DNA of 64,000 nt, taken from contig RXJR01000003.1 of assembly GCA_003963305.1 (NCBI GenBank), forward strand, positions 113,706 through 177,705, read 5' to 3'. The notes under the pieces were generated by a model. The model did not search any database. It was not told the origin of the DNA and was given only the letters and a program-made list of their open reading frames with translations. The translations under genes and the position numbers were made by a program. Each line of letters opens with the position of its first letter. Positions within the stretch are counted from its first letter, which is position 1. Source of the stretch: Candidatus Melainabacteria bacterium. GTDB lineage: Bacteria; Cyanobacteriota; Vampirovibrionia; Obscuribacterales; Obscuribacteraceae. Of the stretch, positions 46,001-55,509 are shown one piece after another.

Positions 46001-49000
46001 ATGAAGCTCTGTCTGCGATGCAACCAATATTTTGAGGATGGCATCGAGCTTTGTCCGATGGACACTTCTACTTTGGAAGCGGTAGGAGAACATCCATTGA
46101 TTGGGGCCCTGATCAACGATCGATACGTGGTTGATTCGGTCATAGGAAAAGGTTCGAGCGGAATCGTCTATAAAGCCACCCGGCTCCTGATGGGGCGCGA
46201 GGTGGCTGTAAAAGTGTTGCACAGTTACCTGGGCGCCGAAGCAGGAGCTCTGGACCGGTTTTTAAGAGAAGCCAGAGCTGCCAGCCGGCTTCGTCATCCG
46301 CATATCATCAATATCTGGGAGTCTGGAGTAACCGATGACGCCCAGCCGTATTTCGTTATGGACTATCTGGAAGGCATGACGCTTGCGGACCTGGTCAGGC
46401 AAAAAGGCTATCTGCATGCCGCACGCGCCATGCCAATCATTACCCAGATTTGCGAGGCCCTGAGCGAAGCGCATCGCCAGAACATCATTCATCGTGACAT
46501 CAAGCCCGAGAACATCGTGCTAGAGACGAACGAGGGCGATAACAATTTTGATGACTATGTGAAAGTGCTCGACTTCGGTATCGCCGACGCACCATCAGGC
46601 ACGTCCGGAGTGCCCAAGCAGAAGACAGCCGCCGGCAGCCCAGCCTATATGAGCCCTGAACAGTGCCAGGGATTCGAACTCGATCAGCGCAGCGACATAT
46701 ACTCGCTCGCTATCGTTATCTTTGAAATGTTGACCGGCATGCGACCATTTGCGGCCGACGACGTCATGAAGTTGTTCTACATGCACGTCAGCCAGCCGCC
46801 GCCGACTCTCAGCAGCATGAGATCAGACCTGCGCTTCCCCATGCAGGTAGAACTCGCTATCGCCAAAGCCCTGGCAAAAAATCCCGATAACAGACAGCAG
46901 AGTATTAAAGAATTCCAGAAAGAGTTGGAAGACGCATTTGCCAGCTCTGACATGGGGTCAGGCAAGAGAGAAAGCGTAACAGTCGACTTGTTCTCGGTGC
47001 CCGTCGTAGACCGTTTGATGGATGGCGGCGGTGGCTCGACCAGCACAGGTTCTCATAATTTCTTGCCCGGACCTGAAGATTGGGAAGAGCCATCCGAAGA
47101 GGCAGTAATGCCTTCCACTCCAGCCGCTGCACCAGCAGCAAAATCGGATTCATCCGATGTCTCGGCCGCAGTAAATCGCCTCTTAAAGTCCGCCAAGCGC
47201 GCTTCTGAAGCTGTGAAGCAAGAAGATGTAGGCACCTGGGCAAGAGATGTTCTCACTCGTCATGAAGAGCAAGGTGGAGCAAAGAAAGATTCCCCTCAGC
47301 CTCTAAAAGCTTCAGGTGGTCAAAGCCCGCCTGAAAACAGTGGTCCTGAAGTCTCCAACTGGGCCCATAAGGTGTTGAGTCGTCAAAACACCGGTGAGAT
47401 GAATGTGCCGGGCAACAATCAGGCAGGCGGTGCTGCAAAAGCTCCTGCTCAGGCTTCACCAAATGCATTGCCGGCGAATTCTTCGCCTCAACCGGGTGCG
47501 GCTTCAAAACCTGCTCTCTCGGCTGCTTCTACTCCACCTGCGGCCAAAGCTCCGCAACCAGGTCAGCCCAACAATCCTGCTGCCAGGGTGCCGACTGGTC
47601 CGGGGTCCGCTGCTCCTCGTCCTGGTCTGGGCTCCTCCACCTCTGCGGAAGCGCAGTCAATGCAGACTAAGCAGGGCAACAAAATCGCCAAGCCAATTGA
47701 ACTCCTGAAAGCAAAATCGGCTGCTGAAGCAGCAAGACGTGGATCCGGTGAACTTCCCAAAGAAGTCGCCGAGGAGTCCGGTGCCGCTATTCCCCTGTCA
47801 CTTAAAGCCGCAGAGCAATTTCAGAGCAATTCCGCCGGCTCCGGCATGCCATCAGATTCGGTGGCGAGACCGCTGGCAAAACAAGCCGGTAGTCTTGAGT
47901 CAGATCTCGACAGCCGGCTTGACGGAGTTAAGCCGGGAGCTGCTAAACCTGTTTCAACCAGTTCATCTGCCCCGGGTGCCAGGGCTGATGCCAGCCGTCC
48001 TGCACCGCCTGTAACACCAGGTAGCGGCGCTGCACCAAAATCGAACGCACCTCCACAAGCGGCTGGAGCGCAGGCGAGACCAGGTGCTCCTGCCGGCGCA
48101 GCACCAGCTTCGCCTACTGCTGCCGGTCTGAAACCAGGCGGTGCGGCCACGTCACCGGCTCGACCTGGAGTGCCGGGAGCGAACACGGCAAGACCTGGTC
48201 AGCCACCTACCGCAAGCGCTCAGAGACTACCTGGTCAGCCAGGCGCACCGGCGCAGGCAAAACCGGCTGCGTCCTTGCCGAACGCACCGCAAGCGAAACC
48301 GAACATGTCTTTGCCCAACGCGCCGCAAGCGAAACCAAGCACGTCTTTGCCCAACGCGCCGCAAGCGAAACCGAACACGTCTTTGCCCAACGCACCGCAA
48401 GCGAAACCGAGCACATCTTTGCCGAACGCACCGCAAGCGAAACCGAGCACATCTTTGCCGAACGTACCGCAAGCGAAACCGAGCACATCTTTGCCGAACG
48501 CACCGCAAGCCAAGCCGAGCACGTCTTTGCCGAATGCACCGCAATCGAGACCGAGCACGTCACTTCCCAATTTGCCCGCTCAAACATCAGCTGCGACGCC
48601 GATAGCGCCGACACCAGTACAGCCTGCAGGCAACAGCGAAACGGTAAGTTCCGAGCGACCAGCTTTTGACCCGAGCCGATTCGAGCAGCCCGTCAACAGG
48701 CCTGCAGAGTCGCTCAATCCGTTTGCACAAGCAATCGACGGACTGCTTGATGCCGCCATCATGCCCAAGACACAGGAAGATGTGCGTCGGTCTGCCAACA
48801 AACTAAAGCAGATGGAGGCACCACCCGGAAATGCTCCCGATCCACTCGATCCGAGTCGATTCGAGTTGCCTATAAACAGTAGAGCATCATTTGATCCATC
48901 GCGGTTCGAAAATCCGATCAATAGAGAAGCACTGGCCGATGCCGCCGCTGCTGATAATTCGCGGTTCGACCAGCCCGTCAATAAAGGTTTTATATCGGGT

Positions 49001-50494
49001 AGTGCCGCCGGCAGTAAAATGCTTGGTGCAAGTGAGTCCGAGAAGAAGACGATTGAGCCTGCCGCCAGCACTTCTCTCGACGTTAATCGTTTTGAGCATC
49101 CAATCAACCGAGCGGAAGAGTCGCTCAATCCTTTTGCGCAGGCAGTCGATGGATTGCTTGATTCGGCAAGAATAAAGCCTGAGCCCAAACCTGTTACAGC
49201 CACGCCTTCTGACCTCGGTCAAACAGCGGCTGCTGTTGGTAAGCCACCCGATGCAGCGGCTATCGAAGCTCTTGATAGCACGGCAGAGGAAGATCGGGTA
49301 CATGATGCCGTCAGCCGTTTGATCGAAGCCGCCAAGCGCTCGCCTGAACCGACGCAGAAGCCCGAGGTTCTGAACAAAAAGATAGAGGCGGTCAAGAAAA
49401 AGATCGAAGCTTTGAAAGCTGCAGATGTAGCAAAGCCGATTTCAACAGGGCTGCCACCGGAAGCAGTGCCACCAGCACCGGTGCCCTCAGCGCCAGCGCC
49501 GACACCAACGCCTGCGCCTTTCGTTCCGGGACCAACCGATTCCAATTCACTTTCAGATGCTGTTAACAGGCTGCTGGAAGCCGCTCAGCGTCAGGAGACA
49601 ACTACTAATGCTCCGGCTTTGCCACCGCAAATGGTGAACCCGTTCGCTGATGCATACTCCAGCCCCGCACCACCAACGCCACCACCGGCACCGGCCGTGT
49701 ACGGCGGCACCAGCCCCAGCACTGCCAGCAGCAGCTCACTTACGAACGTGCCTGCTTCCAATCCGTTTGACGCCGCTGCCAGCACTTCGATGGTCAATCC
49801 ATTTGCTCAGGTCGCATCACCCGACCCGAGAACAAGTGGCAGCTTCATGCCGTCTGCCAATGTCCCCGGACCAGCCGCGCCCGATCCGAACAAGAAACCG
49901 CCCGAAGGCAGTGCTTTCCAAAATTATGTCAGCGCTCCGACAGATCGCATGACCAGAGCTGCCGAGTTGATCAATAACGCGATCAAATCAAGCAAAACAC
50001 CTGAAGTCGCTCAAGACTATTACTCCGGGTTTAAGAATGATCCCAAGCAGATACAGGCTGAACGTGCTGAGACCCTGAAGAAGAGCCGCGCTCGTGTAAG
50101 AAGGAATTTTCAGGGTCCGCCGAAGCCACCACTATGGGTGGCACTAATTCTGGCTTGTCTGGTGGGCGGATTCGCTCTCTGGTATGGCGGCTTCCTGCCC
50201 TTCTTCGGTCCACCGAAGTCTTCAGCGCCTCTCAGTCTTGATGCTTATATCAAGCAAGGTAAATATGAGAAGGCTCGTGAGCTTTTGGAAGCTAAAAAGA
50301 AAGCCGGTAATCTCTCAGCTGCCGAAACAGAGAAGATGAATACCGTCTATTATCAGCTCGGTTTGAAAGAAGGCAAGGAAGAGAACTATCAAGATGCTGT
50401 CAAAGACCTGAAGATGGTTTCTCGCAAATCTGACCTTTATCCTTCAGCAGCCGCCAAAATTCGTGAATTCAAAAAGAAAATGAGCGATCTATAG
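46001..50494 (+). CDS. Ser/Thr protein kinase (Hanks type): N-terminal Cys motif, about 1000-aa disordered linker, TM helix, short TPR-like C-terminal domain
   Basis: MKLCLRCNQYFEDGIELCPMD. Kinase motifs GKGSSGIVYKA, VAVKVL, HRDIKPENIVL, DFGIA, GSPAYMSPEQ. TM LWVALILACLVGGFALWYGGFL. C-terminal YIKQGKYEKARELLE. Confidence 0.9.
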   Translation: MKLCLRCNQYFEDGIELCPMDTSTLEAVGEHPLIGALINDRYVVDSVIGKGSSGIVYKATRLLMGREVAVKVLHSYLGAEAGALDRFLREARAASRLRHPHIINIWESGVTDDAQPYFVMDYLEGMTLADLVRQKGYLHAARAMPIITQICEALSEAHRQNIIHRDIKPENIVLETNEGDNNFDDYVKVLDFGIADAPSGTSGVPKQKTAAGSPAYMSPEQCQGFELDQRSDIYSLAIVIFEMLTGMRPFAADDVMKLFYMHVSQPPPTLSSMRSDLRFPMQVELAIAKALAKNPDNRQQSIKEFQKELEDAFASSDMGSGKRESVTVDLFSVPVVDRLMDGGGGSTSTGSHNFLPGPEDWEEPSEEAVMPSTPAAAPAAKSDSSDVSAAVNRLLKSAKRASEAVKQEDVGTWARDVLTRHEEQGGAKKDSPQPLKASGGQSPPENSGPEVSNWAHKVLSRQNTGEMNVPGNNQAGGAAKAPAQASPNALPANSSPQPGAASKPALSAASTPPAAKAPQPGQPNNPAARVPTGPGSAAPRPGLGSSTSAEAQSMQTKQGNKIAKPIELLKAKSAAEAARRGSGELPKEVAEESGAAIPLSLKAAEQFQSNSAGSGMPSDSVARPLAKQAGSLESDLDSRLDGVKPGAAKPVSTSSSAPGARADASRPAPPVTPGSGAAPKSNAPPQAAGAQARPGAPAGAAPASPTAAGLKPGGAATSPARPGVPGANTARPGQPPTASAQRLPGQPGAPAQAKPAASLPNAPQAKPNMSLPNAPQAKPSTSLPNAPQAKPNTSLPNAPQAKPSTSLPNAPQAKPSTSLPNVPQAKPSTSLPNAPQAKPSTSLPNAPQSRPSTSLPNLPAQTSAATPIAPTPVQPAGNSETVSSERPAFDPSRFEQPVNRPAESLNPFAQAIDGLLDAAIMPKTQEDVRRSANKLKQMEAPPGNAPDPLDPSRFELPINSRASFDPSRFENPINREALADAAAADNSRFDQPVNKGFISGSAAGSKMLGASESEKKTIEPAASTSLDVNRFEHPINRAEESLNPFAQAVDGLLDSARIKPEPKPVTATPSDLGQTAAAVGKPPDAAAIEALDSTAEEDRVHDAVSRLIEAAKRSPEPTQKPEVLNKKIEAVKKKIEALKAADVAKPISTGLPPEAVPPAPVPSAPAPTPTPAPFVPGPTDSNSLSDAVNRLLEAAQRQETTTNAPALPPQMVNPFADAYSSPAPPTPPPAPAVYGGTSPSTASSSSLTNVPASNPFDAAASTSMVNPFAQVASPDPRTSGSFMPSANVPGPAAPDPNKKPPEGSAFQNYVSAPTDRMTRAAELINNAIKSSKTPEVAQDYYSGFKNDPKQIQAERAETLKKSRARVRRNFQGPPKPPLWVALILACLVGGFALWYGGFLPFFGPPKSSAPLSLDAYIKQGKYEKARELLEAKKKAGNLSAAETEKMNTVYYQLGLKEGKEENYQDAVKDLKMVSRKSDLYPSAAAKIREFKKKMSDL
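48239..48598 (+). repeat. About 9-10 in-frame tandem 36-bp repeats encoding LPNAPQAKP(S/N)(T/M)S within kinase 1
   Basis: Unit starts read at 48275, 48311, 48347, 48383, 48419, 48455, 48491, 48527 and 48563, with degenerate flanking copies. Confidence 0.95.
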
Positions 50495-50515
50495 TTTCGC
50501 GATGCAGTGCTTTCA

Positions 50516-52018
50516 ATGAAACTGTGTTTGCTCTGTAGCAGTAAGTATGATGATACTGTCTCTGTCTGTGAGCGAGATGGCGCCAAGCTCGTAATCGCCG
50601 GCAGTGACAATTTGATCGGTACAGTTGTAGGCGAAAAGTATCATATCGACGAATTAATAGGCAAAGGTTCTGTTGGCCGTGTTTATAAAGCACACCGGGT
50701 GGCAGACAATTCCTTCGTGGCTGTAAAAGTTTTGCGTGAAAATCTGAGTAATGACAAAGAAGCGCTGGCTCGTTTCAAGCGCGAAGCGCAGATGCTGAGC
50801 ATTATTGAGCACCCCAACATCGTCGAACTCTATGATTTCGGACAGACAGCAGGCGGCGAGCCATTTTTTGCGGCTGAATATCTCGATGGAAAGACGTTAG
50901 CGACTATAATCGCAGAGCGAAGATGCTTGACTGTGTCTGAGGCTCATCCCATTTTTTCTCAGGTTTTTAGCGCTCTGGCAGAGGCTCACAGCCATGGTTT
51001 CATTCATCGTGATATTAAGCCGACTAATATCATTCTTGTTGAAAATCAAGATCAGCCACTGGTAAAAATTCTTGATTTCAGTCTTGCTAAGCTGCCACCG
51101 CTGGCGGTGGAAGATCGTGTCACCGAGGACGGTATGTTGAGAGGCACTCCTGCTTACATGAGCCCCGAGCAGTGCCAATCAATGGAGGTTGATAACCGCA
51201 GCGATATCTACTCTCTTGCTGTTGTCTTGTTTGAGAGTTTGACAGGTCTGCGTCCGTTCTCCAATAAAAATTCCGTTATCACCATGCATCAGCAGATGAA
51301 CGACATGCCACCGACTTTGATGGCAGTTCGTTCTGACCTGCAATTTTGTGAAGAGCTGGAAGTTTTGATCGCGCAATGTCTTTCTAAGAAACCGGAAGGG
51401 CGACCCGCGTCAGTAGAAGAGTTCCGGCAGAAGTTCGAACAAGCCTGCGAAGCACAAAAAAGGATTGCTGAACTCGAGATTAGCTCTGGTTATGCTGAAC
51501 GACCTCGGGTTAAAACGTTGGACAAGCTCACGCCCCTGGAGGCATTCCGAGAAGCTGATGAACGCCGCAAAGAGCTTGACAAGATTCTTGCTGACGAGTC
51601 AAGCGCTCGCAAGCTTACTGAATTACGCGCTGAAAAGATTCGTGCCGACGAGAGTGAGTCCGAAACAATTCGCATGACGACTGCGGAGCTTGAGTCGCAA
51701 CGAGTCACTGCCGTTAATGAGATGGACAACAGGGACAAGAACAGGGCTGAGAACAGAGTTGAGGGCAAGGCTGAGAACAGAGCTGAGAACAGACTTGACA
51801 GGGCTGTCAACGGGTTGAACAGCGTACCGGCTGAACATGAGCCCGGCTTTGATCTCACAACTGCACCAGTGCATCTGCGCCTTGCATCGTTTGTTCTGTC
51901 GATGTGGTGGAGCCCCGTCGGGCGTAAGGTCATCCTGGGCTTGCTTGTTTTTGTGCTGCTGATAATACTTGTCACTACACTCCTGCTTACGCCTATTCCT
52001 GGCCCTTCTACGCCCTAG
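50516..52018 (+). CDS. Ser/Thr protein kinase paralog 2 (C-terminal TM anchor)
   Basis: MKLCLLCSSKYDDTVSVCERDGAKL. GKGSVGRVYKA, VAVKVL, HRDIKPTNIIL, DFS in place of DFG (ILDFSLAK), GTPAYMSPEQ. AENR-type short repeats. TM ILGLLVFVLLIILVTTLLL. Start set to ATG 50516 by homology with the paralogs (track GTG 50507). Confidence 0.9.
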   Translation: MKLCLLCSSKYDDTVSVCERDGAKLVIAGSDNLIGTVVGEKYHIDELIGKGSVGRVYKAHRVADNSFVAVKVLRENLSNDKEALARFKREAQMLSIIEHPNIVELYDFGQTAGGEPFFAAEYLDGKTLATIIAERRCLTVSEAHPIFSQVFSALAEAHSHGFIHRDIKPTNIILVENQDQPLVKILDFSLAKLPPLAVEDRVTEDGMLRGTPAYMSPEQCQSMEVDNRSDIYSLAVVLFESLTGLRPFSNKNSVITMHQQMNDMPPTLMAVRSDLQFCEELEVLIAQCLSKKPEGRPASVEEFRQKFEQACEAQKRIAELEISSGYAERPRVKTLDKLTPLEAFREADERRKELDKILADESSARKLTELRAEKIRADESESETIRMTTAELESQRVTAVNEMDNRDKNRAENRVEGKAENRAENRLDRAVNGLNSVPAEHEPGFDLTTAPVHLRLASFVLSMWWSPVGRKVILGLLVFVLLIILVTTLLLTPIPGPSTP

Positions 52019-52138
52019 GCCCTTAAGCCTATGCCCCAGTGGTGGTAAGCTGGTCAACAAGAGAGTGTAAACTTCGTCTTTCGTTCTTTTTTGCAAGCCA
52101 ACTGCGATGACGAACTAGCAAGGTTAACCTGAGTCTGA

Positions 52139-53617
52139 ATGAAAGTCTGCCTGCGATGTAATTCCCACTATCTCGACAAGCTGATGGCCTGTCCTGAAGA
52201 TGGTGCGAAACTCATACCGACCGGAGACGATCCGCTCATCGGTACGATAGTTGGTGGCCGCTACAAAGTCATTTGTGCTGTCGGCAGCGGTTCGATGGGT
52301 ATCGTCTACAAGGCTGTGCAGGAAAATTCCGGTCGTGAAATGGCCCTCAAGGTGTTGCGAAATCTTCATCAGACCTCGGAGGATTCAGTCAAGCGATTTC
52401 GCCGCGAAGCTAAAACTGCAAGCAGTCTCAAGCATCCAAACATCGTCACCCTGTTCGACTTCGGCTTCATGGAAGATGGTCAGCCATATATCATTACCGA
52501 ATTTTTGAAAGGTCTCACGCTTGCTCAGTTTCTTCGTGAGCACGGTCACATGGCACCTCTTAAAGCCAGAGCCGTAATCAAACAAGTCTGCGATGCGGTT
52601 GGAGAAGCTCATCGCCACCAGATCGTTCATCGTGACTTGAAACCGGAAAATATTGTTTTACAGGGAAAAGACCAGGGGGGACGCTTTGTTAAGGTGGTCG
52701 ATTTCGGTATCGCTAAAATGCTCGGCGATACTGGTGCCACCTCAGCAGACCTGACTCTGGAAGGTAAAGTCTGCGGCAGCCCCGCTTACATGAGCCCTGA
52801 AGGCTGTCGGGGCGCGGAAATCGACTATCGCTGCGATATATACTCACTGGGCATTGTTATTTTCGAGATGCTGACCGGCAAGCGTCCCTTTGTAGCAGAT
52901 GACTTGATGGCGCTCATGTTTTTACACGTCAACGAGCCTGCTCCTAAACTTTCATCGGTTCGAGTCGACCCTGCGTTCACCCCCGAGCTTGAGGCGGTGA
53001 TCCGCAAGGCCCTCGCTAAGGAGCCTAAGGATCGCCAGCAGAGCGCAGAGGAGTTGTGGGAAGAATTCAATGCCGCCTGTCAGGGACAGCGACCCCAGAA
53101 GCGCCAGCAGACTGCTGACTGGATTCCATTTTCTTCCTGGAATGAACCTGCTTACTTGAAGCTGCCGGGGCTTGAGGACACGGAACCTGTTGATTTCAGC
53201 CATGAATTTGAAAATGAAATGGGAGATCGTGAAATCAAGTCACAGCGGCGAAAGAAGCTGCGCGATCTTTCCAAAGGCAAATTGTGGATAAAAGTTGTGG
53301 CTCTGGCTGCTGTTCTAGTCGCCAGTCTGGTTTATATGAAGGTGAGTCGCTACAAAGACGCAGTCGCTGTTGCGCAGGTCCTGAGCAACCAGGGGCGACC
53401 CGAAGATGCTGTGCGCATTCTAGAGCGTCTCAAGCAGCAAGGTGATCTGGCCACGGATAATTCAGAATCCCTCAATTCAGCTTATGTCCAAGCCGCCATG
53501 AAATTTGGAAACAAGCACCAATACTCGCAAGCAATCGAGCTTTTGCAGAAAGTTCAGCCCCAATCGAAATATCGCTCGGAAGCCTCTGATCTGCTCAAGA
53601 AATTCAAGAGACACTGA
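52139..53617 (+). CDS. Ser/Thr protein kinase paralog 3 (TM + TPR-like C-terminal domain)
   Basis: MKVCLRCNSHYLDKLMACPEDGAKL. GSGSMGIVYKA, MALKVL, HRDLKPENIVL, DFGIAK, GSPAYMSPE. TM IKVVALAAVLVASLVYM. Confidence 0.9.
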   Translation: MKVCLRCNSHYLDKLMACPEDGAKLIPTGDDPLIGTIVGGRYKVICAVGSGSMGIVYKAVQENSGREMALKVLRNLHQTSEDSVKRFRREAKTASSLKHPNIVTLFDFGFMEDGQPYIITEFLKGLTLAQFLREHGHMAPLKARAVIKQVCDAVGEAHRHQIVHRDLKPENIVLQGKDQGGRFVKVVDFGIAKMLGDTGATSADLTLEGKVCGSPAYMSPEGCRGAEIDYRCDIYSLGIVIFEMLTGKRPFVADDLMALMFLHVNEPAPKLSSVRVDPAFTPELEAVIRKALAKEPKDRQQSAEELWEEFNAACQGQRPQKRQQTADWIPFSSWNEPAYLKLPGLEDTEPVDFSHEFENEMGDREIKSQRRKKLRDLSKGKLWIKVVALAAVLVASLVYMKVSRYKDAVAVAQVLSNQGRPEDAVRILERLKQQGDLATDNSESLNSAYVQAAMKFGNKHQYSQAIELLQKVQPQSKYRSEASDLLKKFKRH

Positions 53618-54421
53618 TCAAACAACCGGCAGTGAAAATAAAGCGCGGGCGTTGTCGCGACATTTGGCGGCAATCGCTGCCAGCGTAGTGTTTCTGAGCT
53701 CTGCCAGCTTTTCTGCTGTGTACCAGACATAGGCAGGCTCGTTCTTCTTTCCGCGCACCTTCTGTGGTGCCAGAAAAGGACAATCTGTTTCTACGAGAAT
53801 GCGGTCGTCCTTCACTAACGTGGCCGCTTCTTGAATTGGTTTAGATTTGGGAAACGTGACGATGCCGGAAAAGGACACATAGAAATCGAGCTTTTCGATG
53901 CGCGGAAGCAGCTCCGGTCCGCCCGTGAAGCAATGGAAGACGCCGCGAATTTCTCCTTTACCTTCTTCTTCCAGAAGTGTCATTGTTTCGTCCCAGGCAT
54001 CTCTGCAATGAATGATGATTGGTTTGTCGGTTTCCAGCGCGATTTGAATTTGCGCTTTCAGGGCTCGCACCTGTGAATCGTGGTCGCTGTTGTTGTAGTA
54101 GAAATCAAGCCCGCATTCACCGATTGCCACCACTTTTGGATGACGGCAGGCCTTGTAGATGATATCGAAGCTATCATCATTCCAGTCCTTAGCATCATGA
54201 GGGTGCAGTCCTACAGCCGTATAAATTTCATCGTATCGATCTGCCAGATCGAGCAATTCCGGTATCGAGTGCAACACCACACCCGGGTTTACCATCTGCA
54301 CTATGCCTGAGGCGAAGGCTCTCTGAATTACTTCCTCTTGATCGCTTTCAAAATATTCTTTTACGACGTGCGCGTGGCTATCTATAATTGAGCCACTTGA
54401 TGGTAGTGTGGGTTCAGCCAT
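53618..54421 (-). CDS. tatD: TatD-family metal-dependent hydrolase (DNase)
   Basis: IDSHAHV, IGECGLDFYY, IIHCRDA, FHCFTG, LVETDCPFLAP. Confidence 0.9.
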   Translation of the reverse strand: MAEPTLPSSGSIIDSHAHVVKEYFESDQEEVIQRAFASGIVQMVNPGVVLHSIPELLDLADRYDEIYTAVGLHPHDAKDWNDDSFDIIYKACRHPKVVAIGECGLDFYYNNSDHDSQVRALKAQIQIALETDKPIIIHCRDAWDETMTLLEEEGKGEIRGVFHCFTGGPELLPRIEKLDFYVSFSGIVTFPKSKPIQEAATLVKDDRILVETDCPFLAPQKVRGKKNEPAYVWYTAEKLAELRNTTLAAIAAKCRDNARALFSLPVV

Positions 54422-54535
54422 TGTCTTCCCTTTCAGTAACCTGCTCTTTTTACTGAGTTAATCGCCGCCGGACCGCATTTGCGGTAATTTCGAATTTACT
54501 TTTTAGCCTTTTGGAGTAGAGTATAAAGTAGGCTC

Positions 54536-55390
54536 ATGACATCAATTACTAACAGTCAAATTAGTGTAACGCCGATGTTCGATTTCAACTGCCGCAAGAC
54601 AATCCGCTTTGCATTCGCGGCGCTTCTAAGCGCAACTATTGTCTTGCCCGCCAATGCCGAGCTTCTAAAGGGAACTGTCAACAAGCAAGACAGTGTCGGC
54701 GGCAGCGGTACAACCCTCAACCGCAACGACATACAGAAGATGGGCGACCCATTTGGCGGAGGCGGAGGACCTTCTCAGCCAGGACCAGCCGACCAGGCTT
54801 TCGACCCTGGCAACTTCCAGGTCTCGACCATGGCACCGCCCCAGGCGCCTCCTCCTGCCTTGCAGGGCAATGCGCAGGGACAGGGTCAACAAGATTTCCA
54901 GGGGCAGTATGGGCAGGCGATGCCGGCGCAGCAACAAGCTCCCCAGCAGATGCACAACCTCAACGCTCAATCTGGCGGGCCACCGCCCCAGCAGTTCAAC
55001 CCAAACGACCCGGACAGTTCACCTGAGCTGCAAATTGCCTGGAATGAATGGCACAGGCGCGTCGCAGCAGCCGTTTATGAGCGATACTCGACTATGGCTA
55101 ACGCTGCATTCTATCGCAGCCCGCCCATGGTGGCAGCGGCGGCGTATGTGGTCACTCGTGATGGACACATCGTCAACTCGCATCTGACTCAGAAGAACGG
55201 TAATCCAATTTTTAACGCTATCGTTCTTACAGCCATTAATTCGTTGAACGGCAACATGGCTATTCTGGCCTTTCCTCCCGGCTCACGTCGAATGACAGTC
55301 GATAAGTCAGCCACTTTCGCCCAGAACTATGGACCTCAACAAGGTTTCAAATATCAGATGGGTGACCAGGAAACGATCAGGCGCAAGTGA
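54536..55390 (+). CDS. Secreted Pro/Gln/Gly-rich protein with C-terminal domain paralogous to the 43528-44256 product
   Basis: Signal/anchor FAFAALLSATIVLPANA. Low-complexity P/Q/G region. C-terminal block IAWNEWHRRVAAAVY...GNPIFNAIVLTAINSL...AFPPG. Confidence 0.5.
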   Translation: MTSITNSQISVTPMFDFNCRKTIRFAFAALLSATIVLPANAELLKGTVNKQDSVGGSGTTLNRNDIQKMGDPFGGGGGPSQPGPADQAFDPGNFQVSTMAPPQAPPPALQGNAQGQGQQDFQGQYGQAMPAQQQAPQQMHNLNAQSGGPPPQQFNPNDPDSSPELQIAWNEWHRRVAAAVYERYSTMANAAFYRSPPMVAAAAYVVTRDGHIVNSHLTQKNGNPIFNAIVLTAINSLNGNMAILAFPPGSRRMTVDKSATFAQNYGPQQGFKYQMGDQETIRRK

Positions 55391-55509
55391 GTTGCTTGTT
55401 TCGCCCAGACCTTTGCCGGCAGTCGTCTTTGATTGCTGAATCGGCTAAATTGGCTTGTTAAATCATCAGGTCGCTCAATCATCCGGCTTGGCTTGCTAGA
55501 ATCATTGGC

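Noticed and set aside
48141-48614. Cluster of overlapping ORFs on both strands (48141-48605 +, 48207-48614 -, 48227-48544 -, 48235-48570 -) with repetitive Arg/Cys-rich products
   Set aside because: They are alternate-frame and antisense read-throughs of the 36-bp in-frame repeat of kinase 1. Their products are compositionally implausible (RCVRQR repeats). The sense frame is continuous with a bona fide kinase.
51490-52096. 161-aa and 157-aa minus-strand ORFs
   Set aside because: They are antisense to the low-complexity C-terminal part of kinase 2, which has AENR repeats. There is no independent support.
53612-53623. Palindromic TGATCA formed by abutting stop codons of convergent kinase 3 and tatD
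   Set aside because: It is real in the sequence but is most simply a coincidence of two stop codons (TGA/TCA) with zero spacer. There is no hairpin or other signal around it.
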